64,000 nt of DNA from a virus (lineage: Duplodnaviria; Heunggongvirae; Uroviricota; Caudoviricetes): the IMG/VR virus record IMGVR_UViG_3300009702_000022, positions 1 to 64,000 of that record. The stretch is one strand, 5' to 3'. The notes under the pieces are model-generated. The model worked only from the letters and a program-made list of their open reading frames with translations, had not been told where the DNA came from and did not search any database. Positions 39,841 to 48,733 of the stretch are shown piece after piece (position 1 is the first letter of the stretch; each line of letters starts with the position of its first letter). The translations under genes and the position numbers were made by a program.

Positions 39841-40104
39841 ATGCCAAATGAAAGCAATAGACGCCAACTGAAGGCCTTGATCGATCTCCTGAATGATGGC
39901 CATTCAGAGATTACCATGAAGGCAGCAAAGATTAACGCTCTCATTTTGGAATCTGATACCGACCCTGACAAAGGATTCGCTGCTTTGAAAGTCGTCTATA
40001 GCCAATTTGGGCTCTTGTTGGATGGTCTTCGTGCCCAGGGAAGGCGGGTAAAGCGGGTACGAAAGGAGATTGAAGAAATTCGTAACAATTTGAAAACAAA
40101 GTAG
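39841..40104 (+). CDS. small helical protein (87 aa)
   Basis: Start at ATG 39841 behind AGGAAAAG. Confidence 0.4.
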   Translation: MPNESNRRQLKALIDLLNDGHSEITMKAAKINALILESDTDPDKGFAALKVVYSQFGLLLDGLRAQGRRVKRVRKEIEEIRNNLKTK

Positions 40105-40146
40105 TTGACAAAGTTGAAAAGTGTGGTACACTTTAAGTATAGAAAG
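40105..40146 (+). promoter_or_regulatory. conserved promoter P4 (TTGACA-16-TGgTACACT, then TTTAAGTATAGAAAG), reading into a non-coding locus
   Basis: Near-identical to P3. No ORF for 440 nt downstream. Confidence 0.55.
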
Positions 40147-40381
40147 ATGCTTTTTCAAACTGCCGAGGGCCGGAAAGGCCAGAGGCTTGTGGGCAAGCGG
40201 CTTCACGGGTCGCTACCATAACAACATGAAAGGGTAGAACAATGAGGAAAGGCGGGTAACGCCCGCTGTGAGGGTCCAGTAACCGCTACTGGCAGGACTG
40301 GACAGAGTATCAGAAGGTGCCCATGAGTGGTGAACTAGGGCTAAGTGGTTTACCTATTGACAACAACACAGCCTTCTGAAT
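40147..40381 (+). ncRNA. structured non-coding leader upstream of tRNA-Asn; possible sRNA or processed precursor
   Basis: No ORF. Local hairpins GGCC-GGAAA-GGCC and GCGGG-TAACG-CCCGC. Driven by P4. Confidence 0.25.
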
Positions 40382-40453
40382 TCCGGGGTAGCCAAACGGT
40401 AAGGCGCGTGATTGTTAATCACGAGATTACTGGTTCGAATCCAGCCCCCGGAG
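40382..40453 (+). tRNA. tRNA-Asn, anticodon GUU
   Basis: Cloverleaf folded by hand. Acceptor TCCGGGG/CCCCGGA; anticodon arm CGTGA-TTGTTAA-TCACG; canonical T-loop TTCGAAT. Confidence 0.75.
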
Positions 40454-40560
40454 CTTCGGTGTAGGCGGGCGGGCACGATTATCGCCCGGTCTTGCTGCTA
40501 GAAGGCAAAGGACAATTTAGCAGGTTGTCCGGACCCGCCTACTTACAATACAACCTTACT
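40454..40560 (+). ncRNA. structured 3' trailer (outer stem GTAGGCGGG...CCCGCCTAC with inner hairpins)
   Basis: Nested inverted repeats. Tested as a tRNA and it is not one. Confidence 0.2.
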
Positions 40561-40588
40561 AAACTTTAACCCTATCTCGGAGAATGCT

Positions 40589-40771
40589 ATGAACAAATGG
40601 CAAGAGAGACAAGAAGAGAAGCGTCAGATCATCGAAGAGAACCAAACAGCCCGCCTCAATCGTTCGGCGAAAGAGCAGTTGGCCAGACTCGATGCCCGCC
40701 TCGGCAAAGGGGTTGGAGCCGTGAAGGAACGGGCCAAGCTGAACAAAATCCTTGAGGGGGAGAAAACATGA
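40589..40771 (+). CDS. small coiled-coil protein (60 aa)
   Basis: ORF behind GGAGAA. Confidence 0.35.
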   Translation: MNKWQERQEEKRQIIEENQTARLNRSAKEQLARLDARLGKGVGAVKERAKLNKILEGEKT

Positions 40772-40950
40772 ATGCTAAAGAACGAAAGCTATTGAAACGA
40801 CAGTTAGATGAATTGACTCTCAAACAACTTGTGGCACTGGCTACCCAGAAAAGTGACCTGTCTTATCCTATCGTCAGACACACGCCAAGGGGCGAATTGA
40901 TCGATTTTCTTATGACTATTGAAAATGTATTGAAACCGGAGAAATCATGA
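40768..40950 (+). CDS. small hypothetical protein (60 aa)
   Basis: ATGA-coupled. Confidence 0.35.
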   Translation: MNAKERKLLKRQLDELTLKQLVALATQKSDLSYPIVRHTPRGELIDFLMTIENVLKPEKS

Positions 40951-41462
40951 AATGCTTAACTGGATTACTAATTTTGCTCGCTTCCTATGGAACATGCGAG
41001 GCACAGTACCCGTATACCGGTGCACCGAGAGTGAACTATCAAAGTTTATTTATCAGCAACAACAGTTACAATGGTCAGCAGACCGGTTTGATGATGTTTT
41101 TGTGGCAGAACCAAAGCGGGTTGACCCCGTTTACGCCAAGCGGTGTGAGGGAATCTGCGAACGGTGGGAGCGGATACGGTCGACCTGTCCCGTTGAACGA
41201 AGTTTCGATGATGAATTTGAGTTTTGTTGTGAAAGCAAAGTCGCTACCGCCCAACTTATACAAGAAATTCTCGAAAGCCGCGAACAGTATGCGAAAAGAT
41301 GCGGCCCGAAGTGCGATCCTGAGACGATTGATTTACGAGTTACCATCAAAGATGGAAGGCACTACATACGTGCCACCTACCCCCGAATCAATGATGAAAG
41401 TCTTGAATAAAGTCGTCCACATGACTGATGAACAAGTTGCAGCTTACTGGAGTACTCGCTGA
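40947..41462 (+). CDS. hypothetical protein with a signal-peptide-like N-terminus. A fully overlapping alternative frame, 40952..41410 (152 aa), is equally protein-like
   Basis: ATGA coupling at both ends favours this frame, but the alternative encodes a convincing acidic, Cys-containing protein. Confidence 0.3.
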   Translation: MKCLTGLLILLASYGTCEAQYPYTGAPRVNYQSLFISNNSYNGQQTGLMMFLWQNQSGLTPFTPSGVRESANGGSGYGRPVPLNEVSMMNLSFVVKAKSLPPNLYKKFSKAANSMRKDAARSAILRRLIYELPSKMEGTTYVPPTPESMMKVLNKVVHMTDEQVAAYWSTR

Positions 41463-41779
41463 TGACATACATTAACGCTGGCAACCGTGTGGCCCTGGAT
41501 GTGATCATTGATGGCCTAGTGAAACGTCTCCGTTCTATAGAAGGTAGAAAAGACGATGTGAACTATACTGTTACTCGCGTGGCCCTCGGGGCCTTGAAGC
41601 CCTATGAAGGGTGGGACTATCATTCTCTGTCCGCAGCAGTTGGCGCTCTCAAAGACTCAGCGGCCGAGATCGAACGTCGCCTTCTTAGTCCTTATGAAGA
41701 TATGGCCCTTAATAGACACGGAGATATTGATTGCTTCAAAGAGCCTTTTGCTTATGCCCCAACTGAAAAGGCACAATAA
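41462..41779 (+). CDS. hypothetical protein (105 aa)
   Basis: Coupled ORF. Confidence 0.4.
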   Translation: MTYINAGNRVALDVIIDGLVKRLRSIEGRKDDVNYTVTRVALGALKPYEGWDYHSLSAAVGALKDSAAEIERRLLSPYEDMALNRHGDIDCFKEPFAYAPTEKAQ

Positions 41780-42003
41780 TGAAACTGAGTGAATTTATCA
41801 ACGTTTTGCAGGATTTTAAGGCAGTACTAGAAGATCATGATCCTAACTTAGTCATGATCATTGACGATGTGGAAGTAGAAGGGGTCGATATTAGTTTTAC
41901 TGGAACGATCGAAACCCCTTTTAAGAGAGGGGAGTTATCTACTCTTCCCCCTAGTCCGGTATGGGACACAGATGTCGTGTTGACGCTAAGGGAAAAGGAA
42001 TGA
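41779..42003 (+). CDS. small hypothetical protein (74 aa)
   Basis: Coupled ORF. Confidence 0.35.
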   Translation: MKLSEFINVLQDFKAVLEDHDPNLVMIIDDVEVEGVDISFTGTIETPFKRGELSTLPPSPVWDTDVVLTLREKE

Positions 42004-42431
42004 ACCCCCTAAAGTTGCGGGGCGGCAAAGGCCCCGAAGCAAAGATCCAGGCTCAATTTATCCAGTTCCTGGAAGAGCGGGGTTGGCACTGTGAACGGAT
42101 GATTGGCGTATCAGGCGCATCCAATCGCGGGCAGCAGGTGGGTATCCCTGACCTTTTTATCATGCACCCACAATATGGACAGCGGTGGGTTGATTTAAAG
42201 AACCCAGGGAAGTACGAGTTTACCAAAGCTCAGAGATGGAAGTGGCCCATCTGGGAAAAGTTTGGCTGTCCAATTTGGATCATAACAGCCGCCACTGAGG
42301 AAGAGTATGATAAGCTGTTCCAGCCTTGCAACTGGCGTTGCTACTGGAAACAGAAGTATGATGAAGCAAAACAAGAACTCGAAGGAACATTGGAATTTCT
42401 GTATGACGATTATCGAAACAATCCTCGTTGA
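42000..42431 (+). CDS. VRR-NUC domain nuclease (PD-(D/E)XK fold)
   Basis: KIQAQFIQFLEERGW...GIPDLFIMHP...WVDLKNPG. Confidence 0.55.
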   Translation: MNPLKLRGGKGPEAKIQAQFIQFLEERGWHCERMIGVSGASNRGQQVGIPDLFIMHPQYGQRWVDLKNPGKYEFTKAQRWKWPIWEKFGCPIWIITAATEEEYDKLFQPCNWRCYWKQKYDEAKQELEGTLEFLYDDYRNNPR

Positions 42432-42984
42432 CCTGGATGGTGTTTTGGTCAACTTCCATAGCCCCGCATTTCTTTACTGGGGTTGCTCACCTAACATCTT
42501 TGACTACCCTTCTCAATATGGTTGGGATATCGTTGATGCTTTGAATCATCAACGAAAGGCGAGAGGCTTGGAGAAAGTAACCCCCTACCAATTCTGGCGT
42601 GGCTTAGACAAGGAATTCTGGGCCACTTTGCCAATGTATCCATATGCACGTACCTTCATGGCAGGTCTTGAACGTATGGTAGGGCAGGAGAACATTACTA
42701 TCTGCACTAGCGCTGCATTTGATTCAGAATGTGCTGGTGGGAAAGTGGAATGGATTAACCGAGAGCTTCCTGCCTACCGTCGTCAATACTTCATCGGCTG
42801 TCAGAAGTTTCGTCTGGCCAATCCCAATGTTCTTTTGATAGATGATTCCGAGAAAAATGTCGATTCTTTCCGGGAGTATGGTGGAAGCACTTTACTATTC
42901 CCTCGGCCTTGGAACTCTCATAAAAGCTATGAAAGCCAAGAAGCTTATGATTACATTCTCCAACATGTAAAGTACATGGTATGA
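42403..42984 (+). CDS. HAD-superfamily 5'(3')-deoxyribonucleotidase-like hydrolase
   Basis: ILVDLDGVLVNF (DxDGxL) at the N-terminus; start at ATG 42403. Confidence 0.55.
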   Translation: MTIIETILVDLDGVLVNFHSPAFLYWGCSPNIFDYPSQYGWDIVDALNHQRKARGLEKVTPYQFWRGLDKEFWATLPMYPYARTFMAGLERMVGQENITICTSAAFDSECAGGKVEWINRELPAYRRQYFIGCQKFRLANPNVLLIDDSEKNVDSFREYGGSTLLFPRPWNSHKSYESQEAYDYILQHVKYMV

Positions 42985-43445
42985 TTCATTTGATTACTTC
43001 GTCTCACAATATGTGCGTGGCTGCCTCTCTCGCGATGGCTTTCGACAAACCCCTGGATGAAGTTATTGTTGAGTTGGGATTTGACCGTTTGGAATATCCT
43101 TTTGAACCCCCTTTTGAATTGCGTCCAAAAGTGCCTAGTATGGATATAATTGTTGATTGGGCGTATACAGCCATGGGGGTGGCGATGGTTCCCTTTGAAC
43201 GAAATCCAGTATGTTCTCCACATGAGAATTGCAAACCTGTTCCAGTGTGGAGTTCTGGCGAGAATATGTTTCGTCAACAGCTTAACTATGGACCAGGAGT
43301 GATAGAATGTCTAACTCTAAGGGGACTCGGACATATGGTAGCTTGGGATGGTTTATCTGTTTTTGATCCAAGAGGATACTATTACAAATTTGAAGATATG
43401 GGAGCCTATGATCTTGAAGCTACGAGGTTCTGGTTATGTACTTAG
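42981..43445 (+). CDS. hypothetical protein (154 aa)
   Basis: Coupled ORF. Confidence 0.4.
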   Translation: MIHLITSSHNMCVAASLAMAFDKPLDEVIVELGFDRLEYPFEPPFELRPKVPSMDIIVDWAYTAMGVAMVPFERNPVCSPHENCKPVPVWSSGENMFRQQLNYGPGVIECLTLRGLGHMVAWDGLSVFDPRGYYYKFEDMGAYDLEATRFWLCT

Positions 43446-44107
43446 CATTAGGATGGATCGGAGAGAGCCCGAAAACTGTTCAAATCGATCAGGATCACCC
43501 CCTCCTGAAAAACTGTGTTTCATTTACTGAGGATGAGATCGAAGAAATCTCAAAGAATGGAACTGATGATGAATTGATCCTGGCCCTACGCTCATGTTTA
43601 CGATATAACGTTGCCAGAATTGCAGGCAAGTGGGAAGCGACAATCCCCTACATCGATGACATGATCAGTGTGGGAATGCTGGCTATTGTACAATATGTCG
43701 CGAGACGGCATACTTCTACCAGTGAATACAGCACGATGAAGCAAGCCACTTCCGCCATCATCAATGCTCTGGAAGAGTTCCTGAACAGTAATCAATCCTT
43801 GTCGGCTCCCTCTACCCGAGATCAAAAGCGTCGACTCGCCCGTGGTGAAGATCCTCTTTATCTGCAAGCAATAACTAATGACTACAGCGATGTCATGCTG
43901 GAAGAACGTGACCCTGATACATACAAGCGTGATGTAATGGAAGCCCTTGAATTATTGAACACGGATGAACTGGATGAAGCCATATTGCGCCAAAGTAGCT
44001 GGTCAAAAACACACACTGAACTAGCTAAAGCCTTGGGCGTTTCCAAATCCACTATTTTACGGAGGCGCGAGCGCCTCTATCACCAGTTTCTCAAACTTAC
44101 GGAGTGA
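43436..44107 (+). CDS. sigma-70-family (ECF-like) sigma factor
   Basis: Region-2-like LILALRSCLRYNVARIAGKW and a C-terminal HTH TELAKALGVSKSTILRRRERLYHQF. Confidence 0.5.
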   Translation: MYLALGWIGESPKTVQIDQDHPLLKNCVSFTEDEIEEISKNGTDDELILALRSCLRYNVARIAGKWEATIPYIDDMISVGMLAIVQYVARRHTSTSEYSTMKQATSAIINALEEFLNSNQSLSAPSTRDQKRRLARGEDPLYLQAITNDYSDVMLEERDPDTYKRDVMEALELLNTDELDEAILRQSSWSKTHTELAKALGVSKSTILRRRERLYHQFLKLTE

Positions 44108-44110
44108 ACT

Positions 44111-44614
44111 ATGAAGAAGGTATTGATTCTGATTGCTGTGTTGCTTAGCGTTATGAACGCTGGCCTGTTCTATGTGTGTTTTCATAATGATTTTCGTGCA
44201 AAAGTATGGTCGGACAGGGTTAAGGCTTCAGGGCAAATGCAACAGTATCAACGAGACTCGCTAAAGGCAATTGAATTCGGACATACTTGCTTAGCGGCCT
44301 GTCGGTCATTGGCCACTGAAAACGGATTGTTGTGTGAACGTGATGCCAAGATGACAAAGTATGTCGCAGCAATGGAAGAGGAGAACGCCCGGCTAAAAGC
44401 TGTCGTTGCCGAATCTGTTGATCGGATAGAAGCCGAGCTTGAACAGAATAACGATTTACATGATGAAATTTCCAATCTGAAATACAAAATTCAATGTTTG
44501 GAAGACGCACTTAAAGCCGTCAATGAAAAGGAAAAGCCAGAAGATTGGGGAGAAATTCTCAATGATATCATCAACACTGTCAAAGTGGCCCGAACTTTTG
44601 CCTCTGTTCTGTAA
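44111..44614 (+). CDS. membrane-anchored coiled-coil protein (167 aa)
   Basis: N-terminal TM helix KKVLILIAVLLSVMNAGLF; helical remainder. Confidence 0.4.
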   Translation: MKKVLILIAVLLSVMNAGLFYVCFHNDFRAKVWSDRVKASGQMQQYQRDSLKAIEFGHTCLAACRSLATENGLLCERDAKMTKYVAAMEEENARLKAVVAESVDRIEAELEQNNDLHDEISNLKYKIQCLEDALKAVNEKEKPEDWGEILNDIINTVKVARTFASVL

Positions 44615-44623
44615 AGGAAAAGC

Positions 44624-45025
44624 ATGTTCAACCCAACTGAAGTTCCATCTCTCGCCACTGTTCTCAACAAGAAGCTGAACGAAGCCGAAATTGAGATTGT
44701 TCCTGGGCGGGTTACTAGTGAGGAGGGTCATTTCTTTGGTAACTTCACCATCTCTACGGAAGAGTTAAGTAAGCTGACTGCCAAGGAAGTATTCCTACTT
44801 TATCTAAAGCCGCTTACCAAAGCCATTGGAGACTCTATTATTAAATACGCTGACGGGAATCCAATTTGTACCAAAGCGCATAAACTGCCCGGCAAAGGGG
44901 TTAAGGTAATTGGCTTCCGATGTTTCAAAGGGATGGTTCCAGTCAACGTGTATATAGCACGTCGCCCTACTCCTGATCGACATCAATTTATCGTAGAGAC
45001 ACATGTTCAGAAAGTAACACCTTGA
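44624..45025 (+). CDS. hypothetical protein (133 aa)
   Basis: ORF. Confidence 0.4.
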   Translation: MFNPTEVPSLATVLNKKLNEAEIEIVPGRVTSEEGHFFGNFTISTEELSKLTAKEVFLLYLKPLTKAIGDSIIKYADGNPICTKAHKLPGKGVKVIGFRCFKGMVPVNVYIARRPTPDRHQFIVETHVQKVTP

Positions 45026-45037
45026 GAAAGGGGTTGG

Positions 45038-45343
45038 ATGAGAAATTCTCGTGATGTAAAGGATAAGAGCATCACGCTTGAAGCTTTCAAATACCGCGCT
45101 CATGTTGCTTATTATGATGGGCGGATACTTGATTGTGGGTTGCACGAGTCCATCCCGGCAGCTCAGAGTGTTCTTCGAGAGTACCCTCGTGATGTATGGG
45201 ATGGTTATTGTAAAGATGATTTCAGATACCGGGAGATTGACGAACATGTACGGAAAAATCCTCGCCTTGTTAAAACCATACATCGAAAGAAAGGACCGAA
45301 CTACCTTCTTGGCCGAACGTTTGGAACAATTATACCTCGATGA
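45038..45343 (+). CDS. hypothetical protein (101 aa)
   Basis: ORF. Its 3' end overlaps a second protein-like frame. Confidence 0.4.
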   Translation: MRNSRDVKDKSITLEAFKYRAHVAYYDGRILDCGLHESIPAAQSVLREYPRDVWDGYCKDDFRYREIDEHVRKNPRLVKTIHRKKGPNYLLGRTFGTIIPR

Positions 45344-45455
45344 ATTTGAAGCCAAAATCAGTGAGTCTTCTTATAATTTCCATGACATGGGTTATCACGA
45401 AGGCTATGATGATGGCTTTGCTGACGGTTATGGCGAGGGGGATAAAGATACTTGA
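45246..45455 (+). CDS. small protein ending in (D/E)GY repeats (HEGYDDGFADGYGEGDKD); may instead continue 45038..45343 across a frame break
   Basis: Same C-terminal EGY motif as 48733..48960 and 55630..55866. Confidence 0.3.
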   Translation: MYGKILALLKPYIERKDRTTFLAERLEQLYLDEFEAKISESSYNFHDMGYHEGYDDGFADGYGEGDKDT

Positions 45456-45490
45456 CAAACAGGCAAAAATAGGGTATACTTTAATATGAG
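45452..45490 (+). promoter_or_regulatory. conserved promoter P5 (TTGACA-17-GGgTATACT, then TTAATATGAG)
   Basis: Motif family member. Confidence 0.55.
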
Positions 45491-45515
45491 CCTATGCACT
45501 TACTAGGATACCAGT

Positions 45516-46259
45516 ATGAGATTTGAAAAGAGAGAGCATGTAAAGGAATGGCAACTTGATCTGTTTGAGACGTTGGGCAAGAACACGGCTTACCCAACCA
45601 ACACCGTAGAGAAGAGCCTGTGCGCCCTCTGCACACCTCGATGTGGGTCCACCATGTTCTGTGAGGGGTTGTACAATACTGGTCAAATTGGAATCATGGA
45701 AGAGTGGTTCAACTATGAATACTTCTACGCGTGGCAACAAGTCACCGACCTGGACTTCACCCTCAAAGAGTATCTCACTTGGGTCATCGAACGATCAACT
45801 CAAGGAACCGGAGTGTTTGCTGTCAAATGGATGATAGCGCAAGTATATTCTATGCAGAGGGATTTCAGCTTCGATTTGAATAACTTCCACTTTGATCGTA
45901 TCATTTACATTGAGCGATTGGATAAGATAGCACAAGCGGTATCGATGGCAAAGGCAAACAAGCGCAATTGCTTTCGATCGTATGAAACACCGGAACGCAC
46001 GGACATTTCTTTATTCGATATCGCGAGATCTCTAGCAGTAATTACAGAGCATATCGAAGCCCTTGATGGATTAGGGGCACATATAGATGCAACCCTTTAC
46101 TACGAGCATTTCCAATTTGGACATTCAGGTGAATGGGATAAGGTAATGGAGTTAATGGGTGTGCCAAAGCAAAACGCCTACATTCCAACGGTTAAGAAGC
46201 AACGTGACAGAGAGAATGCACAACTCCGATCAAAATTCCGAGACTTCATTGGAGCATGA
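45516..46259 (+). CDS. Stf0-like sulfotransferase-fold protein
   Basis: SLCALCTPRCGSTMFCEGLYNTGQIG (5'-PSB loop as in Stf0 RSGSTLLCELL), GVFAVKWMIAQ, and a 3'-PB-like ERLDKIAQAVSMAKA. Confidence 0.5.
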   Translation: MRFEKREHVKEWQLDLFETLGKNTAYPTNTVEKSLCALCTPRCGSTMFCEGLYNTGQIGIMEEWFNYEYFYAWQQVTDLDFTLKEYLTWVIERSTQGTGVFAVKWMIAQVYSMQRDFSFDLNNFHFDRIIYIERLDKIAQAVSMAKANKRNCFRSYETPERTDISLFDIARSLAVITEHIEALDGLGAHIDATLYYEHFQFGHSGEWDKVMELMGVPKQNAYIPTVKKQRDRENAQLRSKFRDFIGA

Positions 46260-46262
46260 CAA

Positions 46263-47288
46263 ATGAGAGAAATCAAATACATATCTCCTACGTCCCTTCA
46301 CCAGTGGGAGTCGGATCGTGAACAGTTTTTTATTGATCGACTGGCCGATACTCGTAGTCCCCGAAGTGGGCAATCACCTGCTGCTAGTGTCGGATCAAGT
46401 TTTGATGCATTTGTCAAGTGCGCGCTCTTTCAGAAAATCTATGGCACGAACGGGGGTGGTATCTTTGACACTAAACGCCTGTTCAATGAGCAAGTTGACG
46501 ATGAAGAAAATAAAGCGTTCGCATGGCGCGCTGGAGAAGAGTGCTTCAAACGATACGTTGCATGCGGCGCATTTGCGGAACTACTGGTAGAACTTACAAG
46601 TAGTACAAAGGAACCTCGTTTCGAGTTTTCTCTTCAGGGAGAAGTGGGTGGAATCCCGCTCCAAGGGAAGCCTGACCTCTATTACTATCGTGATGTGCAT
46701 GTGCTTTACGATTGGAAAGTGATGGGTTTCTGCTCGTCTTCTGCTACATCGCCGAGCAAATTGTATAGATGCTGTCGTGATACCTGGATACCAGATGAGC
46801 ACATCAAAGCTACCCGTGGTGGCGGGCAGCCACGAGCCCATAAAAACTACACTGAAATCGAATACAAAGGCCACAAGATTGGGAGCCACTGGATGGACGA
46901 AACCAATCCGAAGTGGGCCGATCAATTGTGCATATATGGTTGGCTTATGGGAGTCCCTGTTGGATGCGAAGACTTCATTGTGGGCATTGACCAGTTGGCC
47001 TGCAAGCCGGCACCGAAAGACAAGGAAGGAAAGTGTTTGTGTGAATACCCGCTTATCCGGGTGGCGCAACACCGCTGCCGCATTTCTAAAGACTTCCAGA
47101 CAGCTTTAATGAGGCGTTTGGAAGGTATGTATGAAGCTATCAAGACTGGGTATATCTTCGATACCTTATCCCGGGAAGAGAATGATGCACGGATTGAGTT
47201 ATTAAACGAAATGGTAGCAGCCGAAGATCAGGATGAAGACCGGGCCGACATTTGGGCTATGTGCGAAGAGAGGCAGTACAGAGGATGA
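46263..47288 (+). CDS. PD-(D/E)XK nuclease-superfamily protein with a C-terminal Cys cluster
   Basis: GKPDLYYY...VLYDWKV (PD...D-x-K) and a downstream Cys cluster. Confidence 0.45.
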   Translation: MREIKYISPTSLHQWESDREQFFIDRLADTRSPRSGQSPAASVGSSFDAFVKCALFQKIYGTNGGGIFDTKRLFNEQVDDEENKAFAWRAGEECFKRYVACGAFAELLVELTSSTKEPRFEFSLQGEVGGIPLQGKPDLYYYRDVHVLYDWKVMGFCSSSATSPSKLYRCCRDTWIPDEHIKATRGGGQPRAHKNYTEIEYKGHKIGSHWMDETNPKWADQLCIYGWLMGVPVGCEDFIVGIDQLACKPAPKDKEGKCLCEYPLIRVAQHRCRISKDFQTALMRRLEGMYEAIKTGYIFDTLSREENDARIELLNEMVAAEDQDEDRADIWAMCEERQYRG

Positions 47289-47791
47289 ATAATTTGTACC
47301 CTAACGTTCGGGTTCGATTAGCGATGGCGAGAGACCTCGGTATCCTTCTTGATCTGGAGATTAAAACGCAAGACTATGCTACCGACATGGAAACAATGAA
47401 AAGATATGTCATTGACACTAACAAAGTGTCTTTCATTAGCTCTATTGGAAATAGAGACGTGGGGTATGCTCTCTGTGCTATCTCTTCTGACAGTGAGGAG
47501 GGGACTACTGTAAAACGGTTGGGCGCTATTCGTCTAGGAGTGCACAAGGATTTCCGTCACATGAGGGTCAGTCACTCTTTAATGGATGAAATGTTCAAGA
47601 AGGCTCTCCAGGAAAGATGCCATTCAATCATATTTAGCATACCAAGTTACAAGATCGATAACCCTAGCGACCCAGACTATATTGGATGGTGGTTAAAGGT
47701 GATGAAGTTTAAGGCATCTCGCGTCATCACGGACCTATACTTCCGATATGGAAAACAATGGGATGCCTATTTATTTGAAAGGTTAATATGA
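47285..47791 (+). CDS. GNAT-family acetyltransferase-like protein
   Basis: GNAT-like core VGYALCAI...RLGAIRLGVHKDFRHMRVSHSLM; ATGA overlap at the start. Confidence 0.45.
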   Translation: MNNLYPNVRVRLAMARDLGILLDLEIKTQDYATDMETMKRYVIDTNKVSFISSIGNRDVGYALCAISSDSEEGTTVKRLGAIRLGVHKDFRHMRVSHSLMDEMFKKALQERCHSIIFSIPSYKIDNPSDPDYIGWWLKVMKFKASRVITDLYFRYGKQWDAYLFERLI

Positions 47792-48033
47792 CAAAGATGC
47801 ATGAGCCTGCTGTCAAGAGAATTGAAGAAGGCATGACGTATGATCCTGATACAATCATGCTTATTTTTGAAGAGTTGCTTGATCAGGCTAAGACAACCGA
47901 GCCAGGCACCAATCACTTCACCGCCATGTTCATAGATACGGAAGATGAATTTGTTCCCGGCACTTACGTCCCCGAGATTTGGTTTGTGCTCAGAAAGGTT
48001 TTAGATGATGACGAATGTAAAGATCTACAATAA
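47788..48033 (+). CDS. small acidic hypothetical protein (81 aa)
   Basis: Coupled ORF. Confidence 0.35.
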   Translation: MTKMHEPAVKRIEEGMTYDPDTIMLIFEELLDQAKTTEPGTNHFTAMFIDTEDEFVPGTYVPEIWFVLRKVLDDDECKDLQ

Positions 48034-48733
48034 GTCATTCAAAGATTTTTTGAAACGCTGCTCACCTTTTCGGATGGCGTTTGCAGATCCACCTGATAAT
48101 CTTGGACTGAAATATGAGGGTTTCAGTGATTCATATACAGAATCCGAATACCAGTTCTTGATACAAGATATCATCTATCTCTCGATGCAAAAGTGTGATG
48201 TCCTGTGGATGTCATTAAACGCTCGCCATTCATTCCTGGCGGGCAAAGTGATATATGATATGCTGCGATGGAATGAAGGGTGGGAAGCCAAGAGTTGTAT
48301 TCAAACGTTTACTTTTGGACAACACAATCACCGTGATTTGGGTAACAATCACAGACTACTTTATCGCCTGATGAAAGTGGGAACGGAGCTTTATCCTGAT
48401 GCAATTCGAGTACCAAGTTGGCGCCAACTTAATGGAGACAAAAGAGCAGACCCCCGAGGGCGGGTTCCAGGCGATGTTTTTGATTTCCCAAGGGTAACTG
48501 GCAACTCCAAACAACGTAGGAAATTCACTCCTACTCAACTTCACGAAGGTTTGTATGAGCGATGTATCAAGCTATGCTGTGCTCCAGGGGATACAGTAGT
48601 GGATCTGTTTGCCGGGAGCGGGACTCTTGGTAGAGTTGCGTCACGTTGTGAGGTGAACGCTGTCATGATTGAATTGTCAAAAGAAACTTGTGAACAAATA
48701 GCTGCCGATCAAGGCATAAAGAGGATCTACTGA
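48005..48733 (+). CDS. beta-class N4/N6 DNA methyltransferase (unusual DPPD motif IV)
   Basis: FADPPDN upstream and VVDLFAGSGT (motif I) downstream. Order is typical of N6_N4_Mtase family members. Confidence 0.55.
   Translation: MMTNVKIYNKSFKDFLKRCSPFRMAFADPPDNLGLKYEGFSDSYTESEYQFLIQDIIYLSMQKCDVLWMSLNARHSFLAGKVIYDMLRWNEGWEAKSCIQTFTFGQHNHRDLGNNHRLLYRLMKVGTELYPDAIRVPSWRQLNGDKRADPRGRVPGDVFDFPRVTGNSKQRRKFTPTQLHEGLYERCIKLCCAPGDTVVDLFAGSGTLGRVASRCEVNAVMIELSKETCEQIAADQGIKRIY

Noticed and set aside
40459-40535. Possible third tRNA in the trailer after tRNA-Asn (77-nt element with a 9-bp closing stem)
   Set aside because: Arms do not fit a cloverleaf: no D-loop GG, no T-loop TTCRA, and a 17-nt central loop. 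Kept only as an unexplained RNA structure.
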